A DNA stretch of 32,116 nt from contig NC_068999.1 in the NCBI RefSeq assembly GCF_001194135.2, positions 50,823,987 to 50,856,102 on the forward strand, written 5' to 3'. This document shows, piece after piece, positions 1-10,548 of the stretch. Under the pieces are notes generated by a model. It was not told the DNA's origin. It made no database searches and saw only the letters and a list, made by a program, of their open reading frames with translations. The position numbers and the translations under genes were made by a program. The DNA is from Octopus bimaculoides (Eukaryota). Numbering within the stretch: the stretch's first letter is position 1; every line of letters begins with the position of its first letter.

Positions 1-216
1 CAATATTTACTGGAAAGTGTAGAAATGTGACGAAATAGTACTCAATACACTTGGTGAAATTGTATCGTTAACTATTGAAAGCTTTATCATTATTGCCTGA
101 TCTCTTCACATGGGGGATAACTCGAAGCAACTGCAACATGTTCTTAAAAAGAGATATAAGCAGGGTTATTTTAGGCATGAGTATCGTTGCCTTATAAAAC
201 CTTGCTTTCCATATAG

Positions 217-290
217 ACAACACCCCTGAAAATAGTGATTTGAAAGAAAAGAAATTACATATTTTAAAACTGGTTATAGGACATGATACC
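217..290 (+). CDS. Candidate internal exon of an unidentified gene (…NTPENSDLKEKKLHILKLVIGHDT)
   Basis: Acceptor ccttgctttccatatag at 216, donor ACC|gtaaat at 291; open frame, phase 1 to phase 0, compatible with 987-1082. No protein family recognised. Confidence 0.22.
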
Positions 291-465
291 GTAAATTAAA
301 TGAGACATATAAGTAATCGTAGTTCATGAATGTTAGCACTCCTTGAAATAAAAGACTTATACATATTCATTCTGTCATAGGCAGCTTTATATAAATATTT
401 CAACTCAAAATTCACTTTCACATGGCTTTTCCACAATATGGTAACTTCTCTGAAGAAGATTATGC

Positions 466-670
466 TTTTAAATCTTGGTACAAGACCAGCAATTTCAAGT
501 GAGCGGTAAGTTGATTACATCGACTCCAATATTCTACTGTTGCTTATTTTATCGACTCAGAAAGGATGAAAGGCAAAGTCGGCCTCGGCAGAATTAGAAC
601 TCAGAACGTGAAGACGAGCGAAATGTCACTTATAATTTTGCTAAGCGTGCTAAATATTCTACAATTTATC
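466..670 (-). mobile_element. tRNA-derived SINE, family A (octopus-type), near full length, diverged
   Basis: Reverse complement of the family-A body (ttttatcgactcagaaaggatgaaaggcaaagtcggcctcggcagaattagaactcagaacgtg) seen in >10 copies in this window; B-box-like GTTCTAATTC on the minus strand. Confidence 0.9.
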
Positions 671-986
671 CTATTCATCATTATTTTTGGCGACTTGAAA
701 TTTGGTGTCCAGCATATTAGTATTTCAAAGATTGTGCCGGTGATATATTTAAAATTAGATCCACCCAACATAATTATACGCTGAGAAACATTAAGTGGAA
801 TATGCTAAACTACATCACTATTTCCTACCTGCAATATTTCAAGAAAGAAGCGTAACGTATACCTGATGGTATTTTTCAAATTTCGGGAAATCCTATCTGG
901 AATCTTACATTAGTCATCTCTGTATACTTGAAAACGAATTATGTATATGATTGAGGATAGCAAGAATTCACAGTAATTCTTCTTAG

Positions 987-1082
987 ATAGACGTATATCC
1001 TGAAAGTGCACACTCCAATTTCAAAGAGATAAGAGAGAAGAAAAATTCCGAGCAGACCTTCGTAGTAGTTCATCTTAAACAG
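987..1082 (+). CDS. Candidate internal exon (IDVYPESAHSNFKEIREKKNSEQTFVVVHLKQ)
   Basis: Acceptor ttcttcttag at 986, strong donor CAG|gtatgt at 1083; 96 nt, open only in frame 0, phase 0-0. Confidence 0.28.
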
Positions 1083-1143
1083 GTATGTAAATATCTAGAG
1101 CCTCACAAATAAGAGAGTAAGGTATATTGGTAATCCTTTACAG

Positions 1144-1213
1144 TTGTTTCTGGGGTTTGGTGTTCAGCAATGCAGTAATGTGTTGCGTACCCATATACAT
1201 AGAGACGATTGGT
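1144..1213 (+). CDS. Candidate internal exon (LFLGFGVQQCSNVLRTHIHRDDW)
   Basis: Acceptor cctttacag at 1143 after a 61-nt putative intron, donor GGT|gtaagc at 1214; continues the frame of 987-1082. Confidence 0.25.
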
Positions 1214-1505
1214 GTAAGCAAAGATTTATAAAATTACACGAATTAAAATTTCACGAATGCTCATCATGCAAGAACACACATACACATTCGACACGCACAG
1301 ACACACAAACACTCACATATGTTTGTGTCTGCATATGTGTGTGCGTGTCTGTAATCTGTTCATCGACGTTTGTATCTATCTGTTCATCAATGTACGTAGA
1401 AGAGCATGTGACTAAGTGAACGTCTCCACACTTCTATATATCATGATGTTTTACTTACAGAAAAAAAAGCAAACTTTTAGCTCATATAAAATAAAATCTA
1501 TTTAG

Positions 1506-1547
1506 AAGATTAAAGTTTCGGTCGATGGCAATCATTTTAAAACTGTG
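1506..1547 (-). repeat. Possible highly degenerate copy of the hammerhead-like repeat
   Basis: Minus strand reads cacagt-tttaaaatga-t-tgccatcgacc-gaaac-tttaatc, versus cacagt-ccgatga-t-ggccaagctgact-gaaac-tttgaagtc at 4513-4553. Confidence 0.35.
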
Positions 1548-1699
1548 AATTCAAAAAATAGAATAACACTATCGCAGTTTAAACACTTGAAAACTAGAGT
1601 CAGCGCTAAAATTGGATAAAAAAAGTGGAAAAAAATGTACTTGGAAATGAAAAAAAAAAAGAAGAAAGTTTCGATTTGTTAAAAGAAAAAAATGACGAG

Positions 1700-1944
1700 G
1701 ATATTGTCATGATAAAAGATGATGACGAAGACAATGGTGATGATAATGACGATGATGAGGATGATGATGATGTTGAGAAGGAGGAGGGGATGAGGATCAG
1801 AAGGAAAAGGATGAGAATAATCATGCTGCAATGAAGATGATGATGATAATGATGATGACGATGATAATAATAATAATAATAATGATGATGTTGATGACGA
1901 TGACAGCAACAACAACACCAATAATGATAAAACTAATAATAATG

Positions 1945-2010
<66 letters not shown>
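1700..2010. repeat. Compound trinucleotide microsatellite (GAT)n/(AAT)n
   Basis: Direct reading; source of the poly-D/M/I/L pseudo-ORFs. Confidence 0.95.
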
Positions 2011-2011
<1 letters not shown>

Positions 2012-2183
2012 TCCATCCCAATATGGCGCAAAAACAATAATTGTTGTCTGATCTCAGAAATATAAAAGTTGAAATACAAAGTCTAAAATAATAAATTAAA
2101 TTAGAACCTGAATCATCTGTTTTTAAGCTTGACGATTGCAAAAGCAATTACTGAACACACGAAATGGCTTCCACTACACTCAT

Positions 2184-2756
2184 ATATGTATATATATGTA
2201 CACATGAATGTATACATATATGTATATTTATCTATCTACCTATCTATCTATCTTTATATATATATATATATATNNNNNNNNNNCACACACACACACATAT
2301 ATATATGTATGCATGCGTGTGTATAAGCGTATGTGAAGAGGATGGGTGTGTCTAAAATCTGCTAAAATAATATCTTAAAATAATTTTTTAGAGTTTTTTA
2401 AAAACAAATTTTTAAGTATATTATATTCAAAATCAATGTTAAAAATTCTTTGGCGTATGTCAGCTTACAGATTTTTCTCTTACATAAATTTGTACATAAT
2501 TTTTTTAAGTTCTACATACAGACACTCACAGATTCACACAAACACAGACACGTATGAACATATGCATTCATATACGTATATGTGTGTTATATGTGTACGT
2601 ATATAATTGCATAAACGTATATATGTGCAAGCATTTATGTATATATGTATATATATATATGTACATACATATATATATAATATACATATATTAATATATA
2701 CACACATTTAGTATACCAGGTATATCCCATGCAATATGAGATATCTTCACGACATA

Positions 2757-2834
<78 letters not shown>

Positions 2835-2910
2835 TATATATATATATATATAAGAATATATATACGTGTGTATGTTTCTATGTATGTATGTGTAAACCTA
2901 CACGTGTATA
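2184..2910. repeat. (AT)n, (ATCT)n, (CA)n microsatellite blocks with a 10-N gap at 2274-2283
   Basis: Direct reading. Confidence 0.9.
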
Positions 2911-3498
2911 TCTTCCATAGTACATCGAAAATGTCTCTGTTTTTGACAATTTAAATATAATACCGAAAGGAAAACATGAAAACTATAAACAAATATAATT
3001 TGATAGAAAGATCCTATTTGTATGCTGCGTGATTTATTTGATTCTCAAGCATTCTGAAATCTTGTGTGTCAATATGTATTTAAATGTTGTTAAAATATTT
3101 AACGGTAAACAGACTAGAAAGAAAATCTAGCAGATAACATCAAAAAATACAGTTGAGATAATTAGAAGAAATTTAACATCGTCTGGAAAAAAGATAACAG
3201 ATACGGAATTCACGTAGCTTAAGAAAAATAGCGTATTCGCCAACTTATTACATATCTATTTGTAAACGTAGTTAAGAAAACAAATTAGAAGATAACGAAC
3301 CAAAAAAGAAATAAATATGTTTCCAATGTATCATTTAGCGAAATAACGATTACATGTATTCTTAAGCATTGAAATTTGTTTTGATATTACCGCTGTTTCT
3401 GAGTTTACTGCATAGCAGGATCAGTTAAACATTGAATAAAATGCTATGTCGTATTATATTATATATATTATTTGATATATATCTATATAGAACTTTCA

Positions 3499-3681
3499 TC
3501 TTTTATTGGTTTAAGCATGCCGCCATGCTGGGGCACCACTTTGGAGGAATTTTAGTCGAAAGAATCGATCCTTGTACTTTTGTTTTTCCAAGACTCCTTC
3601 TTATTCTATCGGTCTGTTTTGCCAAACCACTACGTGTTGGTGGTGATGGTCAAACAGAGTCACAATAACAAGTGTGTATCC

Positions 3682-3712
<31 letters not shown>

Positions 3713-3723
3713 CATCTATCTAC

Positions 3724-3783
<60 letters not shown>

Positions 3784-4058
3784 ATATATATATATATATA
3801 TATATACTTATACATGAATACATATGAACACATGCACACATAATACACATACATATATATATAGATGGAGTGATAGAGAGATATAAATAGATACATATAC
3901 GACAAGCTTCTTTCAATGTCCGTCTACCAAAACCACTCATAAGGTGTTAATCAAACCGGGGCTTTGGTAGAAGATACTTGACTAAGATGCGATGCCGTGG
4001 GACTGAACCAGTAAATATGCGGTTGGGAACTAAACTTCTTACCACACAGTTGCCCCTG
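3499..4058 (-). mobile_element. tRNA-derived SINE, family B (CORE-like head, internal microsatellite, tail), full length
   Basis: Head on minus strand (ctgtgtggtaagaag…ggttcagtcccac…tggtagacggacattgaaagaagc, 3901-4058) matches + copy at 4679-4796; tail (3499-3660) matches copies at 11257 and 20245; expanded (ATCT)n(AT)n centre at about 3674-3900. Confidence 0.85.
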
Positions 4059-4444
4059 CACCTTAATATATTTACATCATTTTCGTCTCCTCAATTGAAA
4101 CTGAAATGACGTGGCCTTCGTCTGTCATGAATCTGGTAATGATGACGATGTAATTGACTATGACAATTTCTTAATAATTTTCTAAACATATGCAAATATA
4201 CGGAAATGGAATTATAAATCAATTTTAAAGTAGAAATATTCAATGCTGAGAAACATTCAATATCTAATTCATCGTTCATTCAAACAGACAGACAGACACA
4301 CACACACACACATGCACACATACAGAACACAGACGCACACACACACACGCATAATTTAATCAATATAGCTTACCCATAAAACCTCGCCCCATAACATCAC
4401 GTCCTCACCTCGCCTACCCTACAATCTAATTATCATTCACGAAA

Positions 4445-4584
4445 CATCAATTTACTCCAGAATATTTCAACTTAACAGCGACTATACAAAGCCATCTTCA
4501 ATAAAAATTTACCACAGTCCGATGATGGCCAAGCTGACTGAAACTTTGAAGTCACTGTCAATATTGTTCTCGTTAAAGAATAAT
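4445..4584 (+). mobile_element. Dispersed repeat carrying a minimal type I hammerhead-ribozyme-like motif (copy 1)
   Basis: acagt-CCGATGA-t-ggccaagctgact-GAAAC-tttgaa-GTC-actgt at 4514-4558; homologous to 16375-16524; ends in ttaaagaataat. Confidence 0.7.
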
Positions 4585-4678
4585 TAATTTTTACTTTACA
4601 AGAAATTTCCAGTATTCCTTCACTTTTAATGTATTTCTTTTTTAACTGAACATAAAAACAAACATACATATATATTCA

Positions 4679-4796
4679 AGAGTGGCATTTTGATAAGAAG
4701 CTTACTTCTCAAACACGTGGTTCCGTGTTCAGTCCCACTATGTGACTCGTTGGCAAGTGTCTTCTACTGTAGACGGAAACTGAAAGAAGCCCGTCC
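4679..4796 (+). mobile_element. SINE family B head with an internal deletion
   Basis: ggttccgtgttcagtcccact…ggcaagtgtcttctact|gtagacggaaactgaaagaagcccgtc; lacks about 39 nt present in the copy at 3920-3985. Confidence 0.85.
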
Positions 4797-5349
4797 TTAA
4801 ACGGAAGTGCTCACTCACTACAAAAAACAAAACAAAAAAAAACTTCTCCATAAAGGTTAGAATATGACATCTAAATGTTAAATGTCATACTCTAGTTAGA
4901 AATTTAGAAACTGATTATTTTTTCGAAACCTATTTTAAGGTGAAAGTTATTGTTTTGAGGTATGTAAAATCTTTATCTTAAAGTTGAGAATCTAAAAAAA
5001 ACGATATATAGATTTCGAAACAAGTGGATGAAATGAATGCATCACTACATACATTACAGAAAACTGCCTCGTAATATGATACAGTCCCTCCATGATAAAC
5101 TCACAGTAGATATCCATTATAAGTTTCTGCAAATCCTTAGACTCACTATTGCTTAAGCCCTTTTATATTAACTTGCTCGCTAAATCACAAACAGAAACTC
5201 TACTCTTACAAATAAGCTTCCCTTTCAGACCCGAAATATATTTCTGTTGTGTCGACACCCCCAGGCGAAGAAGTAGGATCTCCCAAGACATATAACAGAG
5301 GTAGTCTGGCCGTGATAGGTGGGTTGAGTAGCAGTCGAGTAGCAGTTGT

Positions 5350-5425
5350 GCATACATACATACATACATACATACATACATAAATATGTGTGTTTGTGTA
5401 TGTATGTATGTATGTATGTATATAT
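5350..5425. repeat. (CATA)n/(TATG)n microsatellite
   Basis: Direct reading. Confidence 0.9.
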
Positions 5426-5428
5426 GTG

Positions 5429-5470
5429 ACTTTGAAGTCATTGGTAGCAACATTCTTTTATAAGAATAAT
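5429..5470 (+). mobile_element. 3' half of the hammerhead-like repeat (copy 2)
   Basis: actttgaagtcattggtagcaacattcttttataagaataat aligns to the consensus acttcgaagtcactgtcaataatattcttgtttaagaataat. Confidence 0.6.
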
Positions 5471-5545
5471 AAATCTGTATTATACAAATGTATAGAGTAA
5501 CCCATTCGATTAATGTAAAGTTGCTTTTATGATAACGGAATGTAA

Positions 5546-5584
<39 letters not shown>

Positions 5585-6139
5585 AAGAACAGATGGCTAT
5601 ACGTGTAACCAATTCAACCAGAGATATTATGAATCAAGATTTGAGCCGTCACTAAAAATCAACAACAGCAAAAACAAACAACTGCATACCATTATCCGTG
5701 ATTGCTTTAAATAGTGCCACAGGCAAAACTCTAAGACATATTTAATAGGATATTCTTCAACAATAGATTGCTATAATTCTGAATTCGATAATGCTTAACA
5801 GAAAATATTATAAATAGCAGTCACTTTGTTAGTTTAAAATAGAATGTACTTGAAGAGAGACTCAGCTGTTTGTTCCCATAAGAAAATTACGCGGCATAAA
5901 GGTAAATCACAGGTATGAATCTTTAAGTAATTTTTCTAAGAAAATCAACCATTAACAAATAACGTGAGAATAACAAAGTAACAATAAAATATTCCTCAGA
6001 TTTTAACATGGCAAAAAGAAAAAAAATACCGAGAAAAGGGAAGAAGAATCTGTTAGAAGATCACACATGAATATGTCACTTAATTTTTATAGTGTAATAA
6101 AAGAACGAACATAGAAATACTCGCTTATACACACGCATA

Positions 6140-6356
6140 GGATAGCGTGCTGAAAAGTTCTAGATTTGGATAAAAGATGATACAGCAGGATCAGTTAATT
6201 ATAAATTAATTCAACATATTACCCTCTCAGATTCACACACTTATTGCAACGGTCCTTTAGTTTTTTTCTAAATCCTGGAAAAGAACTCGGAAGTGTGGTC
6301 CTCCAAGCAGGCCTGTTGTGAAACCCTTAAAGTTAGGAACATTCAGCAGCCTCTTA
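6140..6356 (-). mobile_element. Mariner (Tc1/mariner)-derived MITE, decayed
   Basis: Degenerate TIRs (…gtgctgaaaagttctagattt at 6140-6167; aaagttaggaacattcagcagcctctta at 6329-6356), TA at 6138-6139 and 6357-6358; minus strand 6210-6260 encodes LKDRCNKCVNLRG*YVE, resembling the mariner transposase C-terminus (…RW.KCV…G.YVE). Confidence 0.8.
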
Positions 6357-6375
6357 TACATAGGTGTATGCGAAA

Positions 6376-6414
<39 letters not shown>

Positions 6415-6982
6415 CTATTATTTTAAGGAAATTAATTCCCCTATCACACCCAGAGGGAGAAAGTATGCGCGTGCGTCTATGTCTGTTTGTGTGCGTATGC
6501 ATTGTATGTCTGTGTATGCTTGTAGGAATGGAACAAATATGATATGTTATATTTTTGTATAGGATTTTCGTAACTTATTCTATTTACACAGATATTCTGC
6601 CTTTTTATTTTCTCATTTTAATATTCCAGGTAAATTGTGTTGTTTTTGTGATGTGTTGTAGTTGCGATGTGCTTTTTTTTTTTTATCTGTTATTGATCGA
6701 AGATGTTTAAGAAGATCTTACTTGTAGTTTCATATCTATGCTTTCCCTTTTTATAATGCATTCTTCTTTAGGGAACAAACATCTGGTTCCTTTATTTAAT
6801 ATTTCGTATGTGTAACTAAGAAAGTGATTGCTATATATTATATCAACCATTATTCAATTCAGAATTAAACCAATCTATTGTAATAGGATATATAATTCTA
6901 AATAAATCCTACAGTATTAGCTGTGGTACAATTATGACCATTTGTACATAGTTGCTTTCTATCAATGTCTTCGTAGCTCTTA

Positions 6983-7199
6983 GTATTATTTCAAATTTTC
7001 GTACAAGGCCAGTAGTTTCAGGGAGTGGGTGGGTGAAGTCGATTACACTGACCCCTAGTGTTCAGCTGATACTTATTTTATCGCTCCCAAAAGGATGAAA
7101 GGGAAAAATCAACCTCGGTAGAATTTGAACTCGGAATGTGAAGACAGAGGAAAGCCTTGTGTCCGGCGTGCTAAGGATTCCGCTAGTTTGTCGCTTTTA
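6983..7199 (-). mobile_element. SINE family A, full length, with 9-bp TSD
   Basis: Family-A body; tagctctta at 6974-6982 and 7200-7208. Confidence 0.9.
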
Positions 7200-7210
7200 T
7201 AGCTCTTAAC

Positions 7211-7335
7211 ATTGATTTCAAATTTTGACCCAAGGCCTACAATTTCGGGGGAGGGGTAAAATCGGTTTCATCGACCCCAGTGCTCAACTGGTACTTATTT
7301 TATCGACCTCGAAAGAATAAACGGCGTAATCAACC
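7211..7335 (-). mobile_element. SINE family A, 5'-truncated
   Basis: gatttcaaattttgacccaaggcc…catcgaccccagtgctcaactggtacttattttatcgacc. Confidence 0.85.
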
Positions 7336-7632
7336 CCGTTTACGTTATACCTCTTTATAATATTGCTGGTTAGCCTCACTTAAATACTGATTCAGCACAC
7401 ATATCATCCCCAAGCATAACATCGAAGCCTTATACCCAGTTTTTGGTATAAGGCACTGCGTTACCATGCCAGATTGTTTCAAAACGTACATTGAATTCCT
7501 GGACAGTGTCTGACATCTACGCAGTGGGCCCGTCTTTGGATCTTAGCCATTAGTTACAGAAAACTGAAACGTGATAACATTTATGAAGTATGCAGAGGAG
7601 TAGTAACGTTAACAATGATAATAAAGGAATAT

Positions 7633-7985
7633 TTGTTGTTGTTGATGGCACTCCGTCGCTTACGACGTCGAGGGTTCCAGTTGATCCGATCAACGGAACA
7701 GCCTGCTCGTGAAATTAACGTGCAAGTGGCTGAGCCTCCACAGACAGGTGTACCCTTAACGTAGTTCTCGGGGATATTCAACGTGACACAGTGTGACAAG
7801 GCTGACCCTTTGAATTACAGGCACAACAGAAACAGGGAGAAAGAGTGAGAGAAAGTTGTAGTGAAAGAGTACAGCAGGGTTCGCCACCATCCCTTGCCGG
7901 AGCCTCGTGGAGCTTTAGGTGTTTTCGCTCAATAAACACTCACAACGCCCGGTCTGCTCTAACCACTGAGCCATTGCGCCTCCAC
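7633..7985 (-). mobile_element. tRNA-derived SINE, family C, 353 bp, (AAC)n tail, perfect 13-bp TSD, B box missing
   Basis: A box TGGCTCAGTGG (minus strand, 7963-7973); GC-rich body; aataaaggaatat at 7620-7632 and 7986-7998. Confidence 0.9.
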
Positions 7986-8021
7986 AATAAAGGAATATAT
8001 GGACGTTATAAAGCCAAAAGA

Positions 8022-8250
8022 GTAGGCACATGGCCTAGTGGTTAGGGTGTTAGATTCATGATTCTAAAATTGTGGTTTCGATTCCTTGACTGGGCGATGT
8101 GTTGTAGAGCAAAATAATTTATTTCACAATGCTCCAGTTCTATCAACTGTCAAAAATGAGCAATCCTGCGATGGACTGGCATCCTGTCCAGTGGATTATT
8201 ATATACGCCACAGAAGCCTGCCAAATATATCTACGACTCGGATATGACCT
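8022..8250 (+). mobile_element. tRNA-derived SINE, family D (CORE-like block then cctgcgatggactggcatcctgtccag)
   Basis: A box TGGCCTAGTGG 8031-8041; B box GGTTTCGATTCC 8074-8085; the downstream motif resembles 3' blocks of other metazoan SINEs (recollection). Confidence 0.8.
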
Positions 8251-8540
8251 TTAATCTTTTCCATAAATTCAAACAAATGAGCTATGTCTGCATGTGATGG
8301 AATTTAAACGTTTGGAACTTTTTTTTATATCACTATTAAAACCTGGATATTACTAAAGGAATCGCAGTATTATTGTAGTTAGTGTAATGATCAGACAGTT
8401 ATTCATACAAAAGAAAAAAATAAATAAATAAAACATGGTAAATAACAAAATTCCATTTTCTGATAAGAAATCAAAATGAACAATTTCCTTTGATAGAATA
8501 CGAACATTCTTAAGTGTGAAAAGAATCCTGAAAATGCATC

Positions 8541-8543
8541 ATG

Positions 8544-8596
<53 letters not shown>

Positions 8597-8597
8597 C
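8541..8597. repeat. (AAT)n microsatellite
   Basis: Direct reading. Confidence 0.95.
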
Positions 8598-9230
8598 TAA
8601 TACACCGTCTAAAAAGAAGGAAACGTACAGATTACAGATCTTTAAATATATTTCGAACAATAATGCTTAAAGCATTATGTAAGGGAATATCTTCATTTTT
8701 CCTGTATTTTTTCGCACGTTTACTGATAAACTATGGATGAAAAGAATTACAAGCTGTAAACTATTAATCGACTGAATACTTCAAACCTACAAGCTGAAAT
8801 ACTTAAAGATCTCGCATTAAAGCATTTAAAAAAAAAATAAATGTCCATTTTAACAAAAGAATCTGGATATTGTATGATGTAATGTTAAAGTGAACAAAGG
8901 GAATGGGTGAAAAACTGAAGTTGTTTGAAAGTGATTTAAAATGCAACGAAGTTCGTAGTATAGCTAAGATAACAATACCAGCCCCGTGTGTTATGCTATC
9001 GATTATCATATTGTGCCTGATACATGCATACATATATACATACACTCACAGACAAATCTCTCACGCTCTCTCATTACGTATACGCATGTATATATGCATA
9101 TATATATATTATTTATATTATTATTATTATATATCTCTGTATATACAGGTGTAAATATGTTGTTTACATCCATCTATACATATTGTGCTAGCTAAAAATC
9201 TATAGCTGCATTCTATATTTTTATATTCAC

Positions 9231-9261
9231 CTTATTTCAGTCATTTGACTGTGGCCATGCT
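9231..9261 (-). mobile_element. SINE family B extreme 3' tail fragment
   Basis: ttatttcagtcatttgactgtggccatgct nearly identical to 11268-11295. Confidence 0.65.
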
Positions 9262-9275
9262 TATATGTATCTCCA

Positions 9276-9496
9276 AATAGTGGTTTCAAATTTTAGCACA
9301 AGGCCCGCTACTGAGGGTTGGCGGTAAGTCGATTTTATCGACGACATTGCTTAAAATACACACCTGTGCTTAACTGGTACTTATTTTACCTTGCCCGATA
9401 AAATGAAAGACAGATTTGAACCCAGAACGTAAAGACGACGTAATGCAAGAAAGCATTTGGTCCACCTTGCTGACGATTCTGCCAACTTGCTACCTT
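9276..9496 (-). mobile_element. SINE family A, diverged, small internal deletion
   Basis: ggtttcaaattttagcacaaggcc…gatttgaacccagaacgtaaag…gacgattctgccaacttgctacctt. Confidence 0.85.
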
Positions 9497-9510
9497 GCAG
9501 TCTTGCAATT

Positions 9511-9727
9511 CTAATCCTTTCTACTACAGTCATGGGGCCTGAAATTTGTGGGAGGGGCAAGTCGATTATATCAACCCCAATACTCAATTAGTACTTAATT
9601 TATCGATCCCGAAAAGATGAAAGGTAAAGTCGACCACGGCGGAATTTGAACTCAGAACGTAGCTACGGGCGAAATACCGCTAATTACTTCGTCCAGCGTG
9701 CTAACGATTCTGCCAGCTCGCTGCGTT
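9511..9727 (-). mobile_element. SINE family A (tail variant aatcctttctact…), full length
   Basis: Close match to the + copy at 29689; possible imperfect TSD cttgcagt(c/a)ttg at 9494-9505 and 9733-9744. Confidence 0.9.
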
Positions 9728-10504
9728 GTTATCTTGCAGTATTGATAACAAGAGTCTCTGTTTTCTTGTGACAATATCTGTTACCGATGTTTATTAGATT
9801 TCGACGTTCCTTTCATCGAAAAATAATGGCATAGAGGGAGTAAAGTTGTGTGGACGGGAAAGTGCTGATACACGAAGCAAAACAATATGGAAAGCATTGC
9901 CTTTGCTGGAGCCTTCGATAGTTATATTCATGAAGCTGATACTTGGTGTTAGGATACGGAAGGAATAAAAAAAACTTCGCCCAGGGTGAGAGTATAGTGT
10001 AAAATATGTAACTATAAGCTGCTATGTCTATATGCGGCTGGTGTGCACTAGTTACGAAGAGTGATACCGTTTTACAGCTTTACAGTCCCTACAACTCAAA
10101 ATGGCTGCATCGGATAGACATTTAAAAGCTAAAAAATAAAAGAAAGCAAGATAAAAACATGATCCGATACTTTAATGGGAAATTTCGGAGTAAAAAGAGA
10201 AATAAAAATTTCGTGAAAATCAAATATGTTGAAAGTTATATAACATTCCGCCTGTAAAAACTGATATGTTAACACCGAACAAAACATATCCATTATAGTG
10301 AAAAAACACTACATGAGCACATTGAAATTTTGTTATTTAGCCATTAACCTCTCTGACACTAGCACCGTCCCACTCTCATTACCATATTTCTTTTTATTGC
10401 GTTGTATTTTAAACACGCGTTTTCACTAACATGAACCTTACAGCGATAAAACAACCGTAACCGTAGTTAAAATACTTAAATCTATACATACAGATACATA
10501 TGGA

Positions 10505-10506
<2 letters not shown>

Positions 10507-10548
<42 letters not shown>

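Noticed and set aside
566-784. 72-aa ORF MKGKVGLGRIRTQN…
   Set aside because: Begins inside the antisense of a family-A SINE; the same peptide start recurs at other copies.
960-1101. Minus-strand hydrophobic frame IFTYLFKMNYYEGLLGIFLLSYLFEIG…
   Set aside because: Expected antisense of a purine-rich stretch; splice signals are better on +, and the implied upstream intron would be only 47 nt.
1606-2147. Poly-D/I/L/M ORFs, and similar ones at 14562-15112, 22722-23203 and 27739-28526
   Set aside because: Translations of trinucleotide microsatellites, open in several frames on both strands.
3415-3429. agcaggatcagttaa shared with the mariner MITE at 6184-6198
   Set aside because: Only 15 nt, with no convincing flanking homology or TIR.
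7427-7454. 10-bp hairpin gccttatacc/ggtataaggc as a Helitron 3' end
   Set aside because: No downstream CTRR terminus and no second copy; isolated stem.
8022-8090. tRNA gene calls for A/B-box-containing heads
   Set aside because: No cloverleaf can be completed and each continues into SINE body sequence.
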